A stretch of DNA of 62,874 bases, the filler included, from Diploschistes diacapsis (lineage: Eukaryota): assembly GCA_023645945.1 (NCBI GenBank). It is 19 parts of 19 records of this genome, joined end to end, with 100 filler letters (N's around TTAATTAATTAA, not from the genome) between each part and the next. Parts side by side here need not be neighbours in the genome. Positions count along the whole stretch, not along the records: positions 1 to 20,145 come from JALAIB010000355.1; 18 more parts are not named here. The stretch is one strand, 5' to 3'. The position numbers and the translations under genes are program-made. Each line of letters starts with the position of its first letter. Position 1 is the first letter of the stretch. Positions 1 to 11,459 of this stretch are shown piece by piece. The notes under the pieces were generated by a model, which was given only the letters and a program-made list of their open reading frames with translations, was not told where the DNA came from and did not search any database.

Positions 1-2487
1 GATGAGGCCTGATTGCGCTAGGGTTTGGGCGGAGGGGCTGGGGTATGGGGCGTAGCTACTTGGATCGTCAAGCTGGTCCTTTGGCGCGTCATCCATGTTG
101 CTAGATGCTGTCTGGCCTTCGAATGTGCCAGACGCGTCTTCGTCAGAAGTTTGGTCCGCCCGATCCACGGGCTCGTAGGGAGGTTTCAGCATGTTTTGAA
201 CCACAGTAGTGCACATCTGGAGGGACAACCGGTTTCGGCCGAATGCCAGGATGAACGCAGTGGGGACGAAGGTTTTTTCGGCCAAGAGGGCGATTATAGG
301 ATGACGATTGCCGACATGCTCGAGGTAACGCTCGTAGACTTCACGGATGCGCGCTGTATGATCCACATTCTCTTTCAGCCACGCAATGAGGAGCCAAGTT
401 ACAGCACGATCTGTAGATCCTCCCATGACTGCAGGGCGTGGGTGGTGTTGCAAGTCTTGCGGGTGCAGTACCGCGAGATCATATAGCGGTTGCAAGTCAT
501 AGATTTCCGCGTAGAAAGCGAGCATTGCGTTGAAAGGTCGTTGGCCCCTTCCATGGTAATAGTAGTATAGTGCGTTCAGAAAGTGGTTCGCTAATGTCGG
601 CGAGCTTGTTAGACTTCCGTCTTTTCTAGCCTCATGATAGATCGAGTTGATGGTGTTCAAGTCATCACCATGCTTTACTCCTTTCAGAAGGGCCGAATAC
701 GTATGGGCGTCCGGCAAAAGACCATTCTCCCTCATCATGTGGTACGACTGCCAAGCCAAATCTCGATCCCCAGCTTCCATTGAATTCATGAGGCTTGCAT
801 TGTGAAACGGTCTGTTCGGCACGAGCCCGAGCTCCAACATAAAAGTAAGCAATCGGGTTTGGAGACCATAGAGATCATCGACTTCCCAGGGTGCGCGGAT
901 GATGAGCGCGCAAAAGTTCTGCACCAGTTCTCCTCGCAATGCCTCCAGTGGCAGCGACTGCAGTATCTCTAGTGTTGTTCCAAGCCTTTTGAGCTGAACA
1001 TACCTTGTCATAATATGCACCTGTAGAGCTGGCGAGAACCAAAAGCCAGCCTCGGTAAGCGCGCGCCGAAGGTCATCCAATTGAGTGCCACTACACTGCT
1101 TGGACAAGATTGCCACGGTTCTTGCACTCAAGGCAGTGTTTGATGTCTTGTGATAATGACTTCCAAGGTAATTGACAGCTGCCTGTACGATGAGGTCAAC
1201 AGTCTCGTTACTTGGACCCTTCACATTTTCAACCTCCGTAGTTGTGACATGATCAAAGACATCTTGAATGACGTGAGAAAGTACAGGCAAGTATGGTTTC
1301 CTACACAGGTCCTGAACGATGTGCAATGCGTCAATAGGACTCATAAGAAGAGCATAGAGCATCGCTGACCGCCACCAGACGCGCTTCCATCGGAGGGACT
1401 TTGAAAACCAGATGCTGCTAATAGAACCTTGCGTTATCAATCGTTTGCCCGTGTCGGATTGGGTCCGGCGCATAAACTGTGAGAAGCTGTGCACGAAGTT
1501 TGGTATGCCTTTTTCATGAGCACGCATGTCTGATCGATGGATTATATTGATCCTTGCAAAGGCTGGGAGCCATTTTCGATCAATTTTCACAGCCTCGCGA
1601 CGAATATTGGGGTCCTTCTCTGCATTGTCGTCCTCAGGACTCTTCACAAACACGCGTACCCGTTTATCCTTTGAGGGCGTATAACCCAATCGCTCAACTT
1701 TTTCGGGTGGTGTTCTACCTTGCAAAACAAGATATTTCGCCAGAGTTCCTCTGCCTTTGCCGGTACTTCGGCCAGGTGACACGCAACGACGTTCAGAGCG
1801 TCGATCCAAGACTAGCGATGCCCTTTTGGGAGGTTTCAACAGACCCATGATCCGCTTAAGAGCCCTCAATCTTCCGGCATCTACCTCTTGGTGTTGCCCA
1901 TTGCCGGTACCCCGGGCAAGACGTAGGATGTAAGCAGCCTTGTGATATAAAGAAACCTTGGGCGGAGGTTGGCCCTCGAGAGTAAGTCCCATTACATTGC
2001 CCTTCACTGGCTCCTCATAACTATCACCCAACATCCCAGTTTCCAGGAGTGCCGATAAAGACTCTTCCGCATTTTGTACTTGTTGCTTTGGTTCTATGTT
2101 CCCAACCCATCTTTGATCAAAAAGGTAGGGGGCCTGGAGTCCATCCACGTGGTCGTTTAATGCAACAGGTGCTCGTCGGTTCGTCCATGCGTTGTTGTGT
2201 GAAGAATTGCCAGTCAACCCACGTCGTCCAGATACATAACCGCTGTCCCGCGCATGGGGATTCTTTGGCTTCCCGTCCGTAGTATCTGAACTGACAGCCT
2301 GGTGTCCGTTCCCATCTTGAGCTGGGGAGCCCAGAGCTTCTCGGGAGCTGGGCAAGCTCGAGTATTGTAGAACGCGAGAGTTGAAGCTTCGAAGGAGCGG
2401 ATACTGCTTCACCAAGACTCGGGAAGGTGTTGGAACTTGATTGCGTGGTGCTTCAGAGTGGAGCAGTCGCCATGAGCGCCTCAGCAT
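1..2487 (-). CDS. Mitochondrial pentatricopeptide-repeat (PPR) protein, 3' end truncated at contig edge
   Basis: Minus-strand frame from ATG 2487 (MLRRSWRLLHSEAPRNQV, Arg-rich, mito-targeting-like). It appears open to the window edge, so it is absent from the ORF track. In-frame PPR-like motif at ~810-660: PFHNASLMNSMEAGDRDLAWQSYHMMRENGLLPDAHTYSALLKG. Confidence 0.8.
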   Translation of the reverse strand, partial: MLRRSWRLLHSEAPRNQVPTPSRVLVKQYPLLRSFNSRVLQYSSLPSSREALGSPAQDGNGHQAVSSDTTDGKPKNPHARDSGYVSGRRGLTGNSSHNNAWTNRRAPVALNDHVDGLQAPYLFDQRWVGNIEPKQQVQNAEESLSALLETGMLGDSYEEPVKGNVMGLTLEGQPPPKVSLYHKAAYILRLARGTGNGQHQEVDAGRLRALKRIMGLLKPPKRASLVLDRRSERRCVSPGRSTGKGRGTLAKYLVLQGRTPPEKVERLGYTPSKDKRVRVFVKSPEDDNAEKDPNIRREAVKIDRKWLPAFARINIIHRSDMRAHEKGIPNFVHSFSQFMRRTQSDTGKRLITQGSISSIWFSKSLRWKRVWWRSAMLYALLMSPIDALHIVQDLCRKPYLPVLSHVIQDVFDHVTTTEVENVKGPSNETVDLIVQAAVNYLGSHYHKTSNTALSARTVAILSKQCSGTQLDDLRRALTEAGFWFSPALQVHIMTRYVQLKRLGTTLEILQSLPLEALRGELVQNFCALIIRAPWEVDDLYGLQTRLLTFMLELGLVPNRPFHNASLMNSMEAGDRDLAWQSYHMMRENGLLPDAHTYSALLKGVKHGDDLNTINSIYHEARKDGSLTSSPTLANHFLNALYYYYHGRGQRPFNAMLAFYAEIYDLQPLYDLAVLHPQDLQHHPRPAVMGGSTDRAVTWLLIAWLKENVDHTARIREVYERYLEHVGNRHPIIALLAEKTFVPTAFILAFGRNRLSLQMCTTVVQNMLKPPYEPVDRADQTSDEDASGTFEGQTASSNMDDAPKDQLDDPSSYAPYPSPSAQTLAQSGLI

Positions 2488-2730
2488 GGAAAAGCTCTTT
2501 TCCCATTAGATGGTGGTCCCGATGTACTTTGGTTTGCGTAGATGAAAGGTTTTTTCCTCGGCTGCGGAGAAAGCTTCCAAACGCCAAGGCCTTTATAGAA
2601 CGCTTACGAGAACTCTACACCTGCAAGCCAAACTCTGACCTGGTGAAAGCCGCTTAATGATGATTCGGGGTAGAACAAAGACTCTCGCATTCTACCAGGT
2701 GAGTGAAATTGAAAGCATGGGCTAATACAA

Positions 2731-3959
2731 CAGCATAGTTATTCTGACTGAAATTTATTTTTTTTACCCCTATTCCTAAACAGGTAGGTGAGCTCCCTTT
2801 CTACTACTAAGCAAATTTTTCATTCTTTTTTTTTTTTTTTTCTATATAAATTTTCGAGCATTTCGAAGCTCTATCGAATGCTTAATCTCGAGTAATAAGC
2901 ATCTCGAAGCTTATTGTTTGATTAATAGAATATCGCAGGATTTAGAACGCCTGTTCGTCGCCGTTAACGCCGCTTTCGACGGGCCGCTAGCTCTTACGCC
3001 CTCGTTTTTCTTTTCCGCCGTCCTTTCTCGCTTCTCGACGTCGTTTTTCGGCCTCTACGCCTTCCCCGAGGATCTCGTCGCGTGGCGGGAGCGTTTTTTC
3101 GCCGTGAGCGAGGAGCTTACGTTTTTCGCCGCGTAATAGGTTGCTCTATGGCCTTTCGTCGATAACGTCTGGTCCTTTCGGGACCGTTATAAGGTGACGA
3201 AGACTTTTCGATGTCGTCGGTGACGGAAGGAGCAGGCTGTCGATCTGTGCGTCGTTAATTTTAATAAAAAAAGGAAGACAACCCGGGACGCGTTGGAATG
3301 TAAAATAATAATTAAAGTTATTTATATGTTTAACGGCGACGTCGTTTTGTCGCGCACTCGTAAGTGCGCCGACGTTTACGTCGATAGTTTTAAGAAGGCC
3401 GACCGCGTTAAGGTCCCGAATGTTTTTATAGATTTCGCGGTCCGGTAGGTTTTTTTGGGCTTCTCGATCGCCGATATCGCTCGATAGTTCCGCGGCGTCG
3501 ACGATCTCGACTTCCGTATCGCTATCGAGGCCGCCGGCGGTAAGTGATTTTTTCGTTACGGTGTTCGCAACGCCGGCGCCGTTTATTTTAAGGCGCATCC
3601 GGACACGAAAAGAAGGAACGCGGGGGCCGGCTGGGAGGAATTCGTTGTCGGTAGTGACTGGACGGAGCTATCGACGTACGAGAGGAGGTTAGCGGCAGGG
3701 GCGGGCGTTGGGGCGATAAAGAGGGATTAAGGAGGTTTACGGGGCTGCATCGCATCCATTTATATGTTTATTAGTAAAATGAAGTTATGAATAGCTTTAT
3801 TTTTTAAATAATTGAAATTATATAATAAAAAAATTGAAAATATTTAAAATTTTATGTGATTTATATACATTTTGAGGTACCGCGGGTGCGCGGGAGCTAC
3901 CTACCCTATTAGGCTTAAAGGAATAAAAAAAATTAATTTCCGTCAGAATAACTACGCCC
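2731..3959. mobile_element. RIP-mutated non-autonomous TIR DNA transposon (MULE/hAT-like)
   Basis: Imperfect ~65-bp TIRs: GCATAGTTATTCTGACTGAAATTT...AGGTAGGTGAGCTCCC (2733-2797) versus the reverse complement of ~3892-3957, GCGTAGTTATTCTGACGGAAATTA...GGGTAGGTAGCTCCC. Flanks TAATACAA (2723-2730) and TAATATAA (3960-3967) resemble an 8-9 bp TSD. Interior is CpA/TpG-depleted and TpA/CpG-rich. Confidence 0.75.
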
Positions 3960-4022
3960 TAATATAATGCCGCTTTAAAGGTGCTCCAACACTCTCTTTG
4001 ACATCCCAGTTCCAATCACTCT

Positions 4023-5228
4023 CTAATATGACACAATGCTCCGCGCATCTTCCAGACAGACCGACCACAGCTCCGAAAGCTTTTTGCTGCCATATCCTTC
4101 AAAAGTGGGCCAGCCTTTATAGTGTTTATCGTCTTGCCGGCCTGCCGCGGGTTGCTCGCCCCAAAAATCACGCCGTCTTCCTCCTCCAAAGCAGAATGGT
4201 AGAGCAGCCATCTCATTGCCAGAGCCTCCATGGGTATGTCCTGTTCCTGGGCCAGGGCACGTAGCCTTTCGTTAACCTCATGCATGGATGGCTTATCGTA
4301 CCAATGTCGTGCGGCCTTGCCAAGCGGGTTGCTGTCGGAAACTTCGAAACGGGTACCCTTGAGATCGCTGGCTGAGCTGGCTGGCGCTAGCTTGCCGGTC
4401 AGGAAGCCACCCGCAAGGGGACTAGTGATGGTTAGAGGTTGCTCTGGATTAGCGAATATCCGGAGGACGAGAGAAAGTACCTTTATGCTTTGAAATGGAT
4501 GCCGTGTTGGCGAAGCAAGGGGAACAATCCATCTTCGTAGGACCGACAGATTAGGTTGTACTGGCCCTGGTAGTAGGTTGGCCTGACGAAGTCGCTCTTC
4601 TCCGCTATCTGCAGCCATTCCTCAAGCATGCTGATAGAGAAATTGGATACTCCCAAGCTATGGGCTATGGGCTATGAGCCAAAACCGTATCAGCCAGTTT
4701 GCTTGCTGGCTCGCTTCACTCAAGCAAGTAAACTTTCCCTTGCGGTAGTACTTGTCAAAAGCCGCTGCCTGCTCTGCGATCAGAGTCTGTTTGTCCGGTC
4801 CATGACAGTACAAGATGTTGATCTTCCGTAGACCCAAGGACTTGCAGCTCTGCTGCCGATAGCATCTTCTGTCAGGCTACCTCGCCCGCCCGTTGGTTAA
4901 GGCAAGTAGTATCTTGGTGTCTATGAGGAAAGAATCCCCAGCTTTAGCTTCACCGAGGAGCCTTTCGGATAAGCGTAGGCGGATAACGAGCGGCAGTATC
5001 TAGATGGGTCACGCCACCGTGCTTGAGGACATTGGTGAGCTCCTCGACTTCTGCCCTTGAACTGTAGTTCTTCCCGATATTTGCACAGCCGAACAGTATT
5101 TGAGGGAAAGTCATGATGGAATGCACGCAGGATCAACCGGACTGATATAGATTACTAGCGGTAGTGCAATAATGCGTCGAAGGTCTGCTGCGAGACGGGA
5201 ATGCGTTGGAGATAACTTACCACATCAT
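4023..5228 (-). pseudogene. Aldo-keto reductase (AKR7/aflatoxin B1 aldehyde reductase-like) pseudogene
   Basis: Motifs LDTAARYP, LGVSNFS, YQGQYNLICR, SPLAGGFLTGK, VIFGASNP. In-frame TAA at 4485-4483 replaces the Tyr of conserved AYSPLAGG, and there is a frameshift near the C-terminus. 5' end approximate. Confidence 0.85.
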
Positions 5229-5598
5229 GAGCTGACTTAGAAATCCTTTCTTCATGTACGGGCGGGTTACTACGTCAAGAAGAACGTACGAAAGCATGAC
5301 CTGTGATGGTTTAGCTAACAGAGTAGACATTGAGGAGGACAGAAATATCAGCTCAGAAGCTACTAATTGGAGTTTAAAAGCCGTCCTTTATCTTTGGGCA
5401 CGGCTTCATATTTATCCAAATTCTCGATAATGGTACGTTCTCCATGGGTACTGGAATCATATGGTGAAAGATAGGGGGGGCATGGCCATATAGATATATG
5501 TGCAAGAAGAGCATAGGAACGGAAGGGATCGGTGTACACAACTTCGTGAAGCCCCTCTCATGAGATGTGCTACTGCGCGTCTCTAGCAGGCTCGTTTG

Positions 5599-7885
5599 CT
5601 AATCGAAAACATCGATAACCACTCCGTCTGCTCTTGCTGGCTTGGCCGAATCTACCTTTCGGATCTTGTCCCTCGGCGTCAGTACCATTCTTTGCGTTGG
5701 ATTCGAATATTTCCTTTGTAGCAACGACCGATAGCTTCTAGCACACTTCGACTGCCGCAGACATCAGCCCTTGCACCCTGCCTCCAAATCTTGACAACAT
5801 CTTTTCGATCGTGCAGCAGACGATCGGATATATGCTCGTAGCCCAGCGATTTGTCCGGTTCCTGACTGAAGGCATACCGGATATTCACTGCGCCCATTTC
5901 AGCCCGCCAGTCCAATTCCTCAGCACAAAGTCTGTCTTGTGTGTAGGACCTGCAGCCGACGATCAGAATACCAGGAACAAGTGAAGGTTTTTGTTGGCCT
6001 CGAGCATGAAGCCGTGCTGTTGAATGAAACCGCGGAAAGAAGCAAAGCCCGTTCCCGGCGCAGAACATCAGGATTGGGACGCTGTTGTCGGTGGGCAAGT
6101 GGAAGGGACACTTGCTCTTCGCTGTAGCTGTCAGTTTAAGAGCCACTTGTATGTTGTCGCCAGGTTTAAGCGTCGATAAGAATGTGGTTGAAGCATCTTC
6201 GAATGGTTGCCCAGAACCCGAACCTGAGCCTTTGACAGCAATGTAGATAATCGTGCAAGACCTGCGTTGAACCGTTGGTGACGAAGATATGGGGCATTGA
6301 CGGACGCGCAGGGGCATCAAACACAACAAGAACGTCGAGAATTGCATCTTGACCTGAGGGTACTTGATGAGATATTCAAGCAACGAAGATTTAGTTTCCA
6401 CAATCTTAGGATCGAGTGATGCGCCATTTCTTATCATCTCATCAATATTGTGTGGATAGAGGTGCCGTCGGTGCATCTCTTGACCTCCTCCAGACCCTGT
6501 CAAATGTGAGCAACGTGATCGTCTCAATTCATGGTTGAAAGTTACCCTGTTAGAAGCCTGCGGGGCTAGCTCCAAATATCCTTTTAGGACACCATAGATC
6601 GATAGGACCGCTTCGGCTGGGAGAGGTGCGTATGCATTTGACTTAAGAGTAATGGCTGAGTCCCGAGGGAGCTCCCAGTGTGCCACGATCCTCTTGAAAA
6701 GTTCATCTGGTTGAAGTGGTACAACAGACAGACAATCACCACACTCATATTCCGAGCCGGGTGGAAGGTCTATCTCCCTATGACCTTTCTCAGGCTGGCC
6801 GGGCTAGTAAGCAGCTTGACGTCCTTTACTTTGCAGGCCGTTAAGCCGCTACCGAGAGGATTAGCTTGCTGGCTAGTTCGGGATTTTCGCTTGCTCTTCG
6901 AGGCTGGTATCCAGGTCCTCAGCAGAGTTCTCAGTCGACCTTTGGAGGACCTTGAAAAGGCCTTCCTGCCATTCCGCGAAGTCATTCAAGACAGTACCGC
7001 GTGATACATTGGAAGCCCCGAAACCATATATTCGCTCAGCGCCTCGTTCTTCGAGTGCCGAATGGATAAGCTTCGGTAAGCAGTGCAGTGTTTCAGGCCA
7101 ATCCTTATGGCCACAACCAAAGACACTATATTTCACTCCTCGCAGGCCTCATGATCAGGGACTTTCCAGCTATTCAACGAAGCGTGCGGCGTCATCAGGT
7201 GGCTGTCCCTCCTAAGAAGCAGTGATAACCACGATTGGCTGGTTCTGAGGCAGGGCATCAACTCCATAATCCAGGCCATGGACAGAGGGCGCTAAACTAA
7301 GCTTAGCTACAGATATAGAGCCAAGTCTTGAAGCAAGAGAATAGTTAGTTCCGCTATTCGATCCGTAGAAGATAGTCAGCCCTGCTTGTACCCCCTTTTC
7401 AGGTGCAAGGTCTGACGCCGTCTGGTCTGGTCTGCGGTGTCCGCGGCGGGTATTATTGCTGTTTTGCCTGGCCCTTATAACCTGGTCGTCAGGATTGTAT
7501 GCGCAATGATACCCCTTCCCCAGTTTGATTCTGGCGTACAGGTTTTACCTTCTAGGACATTTCCGAATGGTTTTCCAAGCCTTCATGAAATGATCAAAGT
7601 CTGGGTTCCGTGTCGATCACCTGGTCCGGATTAAGCTCGTTCGCACCATCACCGAAGCACGTGAGGTTGGACATGGCCTTTGCCCAGTAGTACTAGGATA
7701 GGCATGTCCGGCTCGACACGGTATCTGGGTTTCGTGTTTGCGGCGGATGCGGCCTCTTCGTCAGGCCTGGTGTCAAGCGAAGAGTTTCTCGAAGGACAGC
7801 TTGCAAGTAGCTTAAGCCCCTTGAAATGCTTCAGGTCTATGCCGCCAGTTCCAAGAACAGCATCTATCTCTTGGGGAAGACTATA
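5599..7885 (-). pseudogene. Bifunctional P450/NADPH-P450 reductase (CYP505/P450foxy-like) pseudogene, 5'-truncated
   Basis: Flavodoxin motifs LTIFYGSNSGT (~7345-7380), PIVVITAS*EGQPPDDAARF (stop 7212-7214) and VFGCGHKDW; FAD/NADPH motifs ISSSP, MFCAGNG, VCGS; C-terminal ...IDVFD*. Frameshifted WKPFGN remnant of the heme region at ~7560-7580. Multiple stops and indels. Confidence 0.88.
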
Positions 7886-8142
7886 TTAGACGGTGCTGCT
7901 TACGCTATCGGACGGAATACATGAAACTGTGTAAATATCATTATATGATAATCACGTTAGCAACGTGTTGACTTCTAATATATCCAAATCAACATTGATT
8001 TTAGGAGATACGTTCGATACAGATATTCCATTCATTTGTTGTTTCATTGCTTCTAGCTGCTCATCCTTGCCCCAACGTGATTATACGAACTTCAGGCTCC
8101 AGTATATCGCCTTCCATAAGACGTCTTGGTGGTCCGCATCTT

Positions 8143-9575
8143 TCACGGTTCTGAAAGCTCACGAACGGTATAAGCGTATTCTTCATCACGGACCTTACCG
8201 GCCATCCTCCTTTGGCTTTCTCCGGAATAGTTATCTCCTAGATTCACGTAAGGCGCTCTGTGCTCATTGCTCGAAGCCGTCTTTGATAAATCGATGGACC
8301 TCTGGGTAGACGATGCAGTTCGCAGAGACAAGGCACTGCGAACGCTTTTGATGGCCGACTGAATGCTGAAGCGAGAGAATAGATAACTAAGAGTCGGTAG
8401 GCACGCAGCGATCAAGGCAAGACCGCATTCAAGGAGGCTCCACCAGAGAGAAACGGTAAGAATAACTATCGCGCATGAGTCCGGCATGTATTTTTCAACG
8501 GCGAAAGCTTACGATTCGAGTCCACCGACGCATCCGTGGTCAAGGCTTCTAGACCCTGAACGTACAGGACCAGACGTGCAATCGACGCTCCAACAGCCCT
8601 GATGCCGAGATTAGCAGACACTTCATAGTTGGAGACCTCGCATCGTACATGGCACCAAGCAACAAGACACCGCTGATGGCAAATTTCTTTTTCGTCGCTA
8701 GCTGCAACCCCCAGAGCTGATTATCTTGTGTAAGTTTGTTAACATGACGAATCGCTTCAAGGCATACCGGAGGCAGTGGAAGCATGAAGATGTAGATATC
8801 CAGTATCAGGTCGGATATTGTTAGGCCGTATTCGCTAGTGAAGGCGACAGGACAGTACTGCAGCTGAGCGGCGGTCGAACCCCAGTTGGCCCAGATCTGC
8901 AATCCACAGGGGAATATGATCAAAAGAATGAAAGTAAAAGCCCATAGAAAGATAACAACCTGGGTAATAAGGGTAATGATGTCGAAAGCCGATCGCGCGT
9001 GAACCACGAACAGTCTGCGGTAAAATGCGACAATGCTCATCTTGATACCTGCATACGCGATCATCATGAAGATTTGAAAAGGAAATTCCAGCTACGATAA
9101 CAAGTCAGATCGAGACTGAAATATCATACACAGCTGTGTCACCTTTTGAGAAAGTACCGTCATCGGATCTTCAAAATCTAGCAGCTCATCTGCGGTGAGG
9201 TCCGACGGGGGAGGTGGTGTAGGATAGCCATAGACTCGATTGACAGCACCTGTTCCTTGAGGTTGAGCAACGGCACAAGTCAACGAGTGGAATTGTGATC
9301 GAACCGTCAATTATGCAGATGCCCATGCCAATAAGCGCTATCTACATTAGATGTTTAGCTGGTTGATTTCTGGAATGGAGGAAGATATAATGACAAACCA
9401 ATCCGATCACGATGAGCCAGTCATCGATACCGAGGCCATCCTTCTGAAGTCTTCGAACGCATACTCTAAGAGCAACAATCAAAATGCAGACAGCTGGCAG
9501 AGCAGCACCAATGGAGATACATTCTTGTCCATTGACAAAAGGAAACGTGAAAACAAAATCCGAGCTCGAAGACAT
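8143..9575 (-). CDS. PTH11-like (fungal rhodopsin-domain) integral membrane protein, multi-exon
   Basis: Exon ORFs 9342-9575, 9092-9310, 8549-9067 and 8143-8487 give hallmark motifs: ALRVCVRRL..LGIDDWLI, IKMSIVAFYRRLF, DLILDIYIFMLPLP, WSLLECGLALIAACLPTL. Confidence 0.85.
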
Positions 9576-9973
9576 GATGAACGATCAAGAAAGTGGGACA
9601 GCAAACAGCAGGGCAGCAAGTTTGGGGTCGTCGAGGCGCGTGCCTTTCAACACAGATATAGGGGTTGAGTGCTGATGTCGCCAAGAGGCTGGAATAGAGA
9701 AGCGCATATGCGGCGATGATGAGGATGCAGGATCAATGCCCAATTGTAAAAAAACCGCAGCACAGACAGATGCGAGGTCAGCGTTGCCAGCATCCTCTTA
9801 CTGCAACCCTATGATGGGGGCACATCCAGCCGATGCCTTGCAGAAACAAGGCACTGTAAGAAGTTAAAAGCAGCCTCGTTCACTCGTCGAATTTCTCGCT
9901 CTGGTCTGCTCTGTTCTCCGCTCTGCTCTATCATTGTCATTCAGCCTCGTTCAGCTGAAAGGAACGAATAATC

Positions 9974-10633
9974 ATGCCGCTACCGTTGCATCCTCTTTCC
10001 ATCAGCGGCGGATGCAACTGCGGCGCCATCCGCTTTCGAATTCAAATCCCGCATCTAAGCGATAGGCCTCTACATCCTTCATCCGATGATTCCTCTGGGC
10101 CAGTTCGCCTGCCTTTCGTGACTACGGATCATTGCAATGATTGTCGGCGGGCTACTGGCGCAACCGTGGCATTCTGGATCTGCACACCTACCAAAATGGT
10201 TACAGCTTCCCTTGTTGCTCGGTCAACAGCAACGTTGGACAGCGATGCATCTAAGAGAGACCAGGGAGACGCCGAGGAAGCTCGTGGCCCTTGGCTTCCT
10301 GCCGACACTGTCTTTCAGCCAGGTCCCGCTAGTGCAGATTCGTTCCTTTCTTTCTACGCATCGTCTGTTGGACGAAGAAGGTCTTTCTGCGGCCGATGTG
10401 GGACCAGTCTTGCCTACGCAGCCTTTCCAATGCCCTCCGGATGGCCAGACATGTTGGACATCGTACTGGGCACAATCGATCGCCATGATCTGGATAGCGA
10501 AGCGTTGGCTCCTGAGCGGCAATTGTGGTGGGATTACGGGATAAGCTGGGCCAAAAGCTTGACAGCGCAAGGGATTGGTTCGCTACCGCGGCACAAGAAC
10601 TACAAGATGAATGAGGTTGCCGATAGCGAGTGA
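9974..10633 (+). CDS. GFA/CENP-V (Mss4-like) zinc-binding protein
   Basis: 219-aa intronless ORF with GGCNCGAIRF, DHCNDCRRATG and RSFCGRCGTSL motifs. Confidence 0.9.
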   Translation: MPLPLHPLSISGGCNCGAIRFRIQIPHLSDRPLHPSSDDSSGPVRLPFVTTDHCNDCRRATGATVAFWICTPTKMVTASLVARSTATLDSDASKRDQGDAEEARGPWLPADTVFQPGPASADSFLSFYASSVGRRRSFCGRCGTSLAYAAFPMPSGWPDMLDIVLGTIDRHDLDSEALAPERQLWWDYGISWAKSLTAQGIGSLPRHKNYKMNEVADSE

Positions 10634-11091
10634 TTGGGAACTGGGATAGTGCTCATGCTGTTGATCTACTAGCTCTGTCAATTTTTGGAAGGAGAGAGCG
10701 AATCAACGCAGTAGAAACTCAACGACCGTTGCAGCCCCATCGAATGTCGAGATTTTTGTCAGCTGTGCTGCCTGCATGAGGCGTGCCCCCCCCCCCTATA
10801 TCTGCCTCCTTGCCTGAGGGGCTATAGCCAGACTAAAGTAAGGCAAAGCATATGCAGCAGCATGCTACAACGGTTCTTCAGCCGTATCGGAGGACGTACT
10901 GCGAAAGCGAGCGGCAAGCTTCGGAACCATTATCGTCCTCGGAGGGCCTGTCCACGCTCGATATATGAAGCACAACAAAAGACCATAGCAGCCGGACTCT
11001 CCTCTAGTCCTTGACTATATCCAAAAGTAAAAATATAAGAATTCCAACCCAAAACCCTTTTCCTTTGCCAAAATCATCCCAAGACCTAACC

Positions 11092-11459
11092 ATGCGTTTC
11101 CAGCCCTCCGCCACCGGACTTCTTGCTATCTATCTCGCTTCGCTGATCTCCGCCGCACCCCTACCTGATAACGGTACGCACGCTGTCTCCACCGCCCCAT
11201 TCCCTGCAAGAATATCCCAGGTAATACGCCGCTCCGTACTGACGAACCTCCTTCCACAGGCGCCAGAGACGTCACGAACCGCAATGCGGATCCAAACGCC
11301 AAGGCAGGCCAGGACCTTCCGCGAAGCCCTGCACCGAACGTGATTGTGCATGCGTACGACGCCGCCGCAAAGCGCGCCGCCATTGCCAATCCAGGCCAGG
11401 ACCTTCCGCGCTCTCCGGCCCCGAATGTTATCGTGCATGCCTTTGGCGGGCAGTATTGA
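11092..11459 (+). CDS. Secreted Kex2-processed repeat peptide (KEP), candidate dikaritin RiPP precursor, 93 aa, 2 exons (11092-11173, 11260-11459)
   Basis: Intron 11174-11259 (GTACGC donor, TACTGAC branch site, CCACAG acceptor). Spliced product: MRFQPSATGLLAIYLASLISAAPLPDNGARDVTNRNADPNAKA-GQDLPRSPAPNVIVHAY-DAAAKRAAIANP-GQDLPRSPAPNVIVHAF-GGQY*. It has a signal peptide, two repeats and a KR site. Confidence 0.85.

Noticed and set aside
25..2657. Short plus-strand ORFs
   Set aside because: Antisense shadows of the PPR gene or its promoter.
11011..11343. 110-aa ORF as the true product of the precursor locus
   Set aside because: It reads through the intron and leaves the repeat frame; the spliced model explains the synonymous-only conservation of the repeats.
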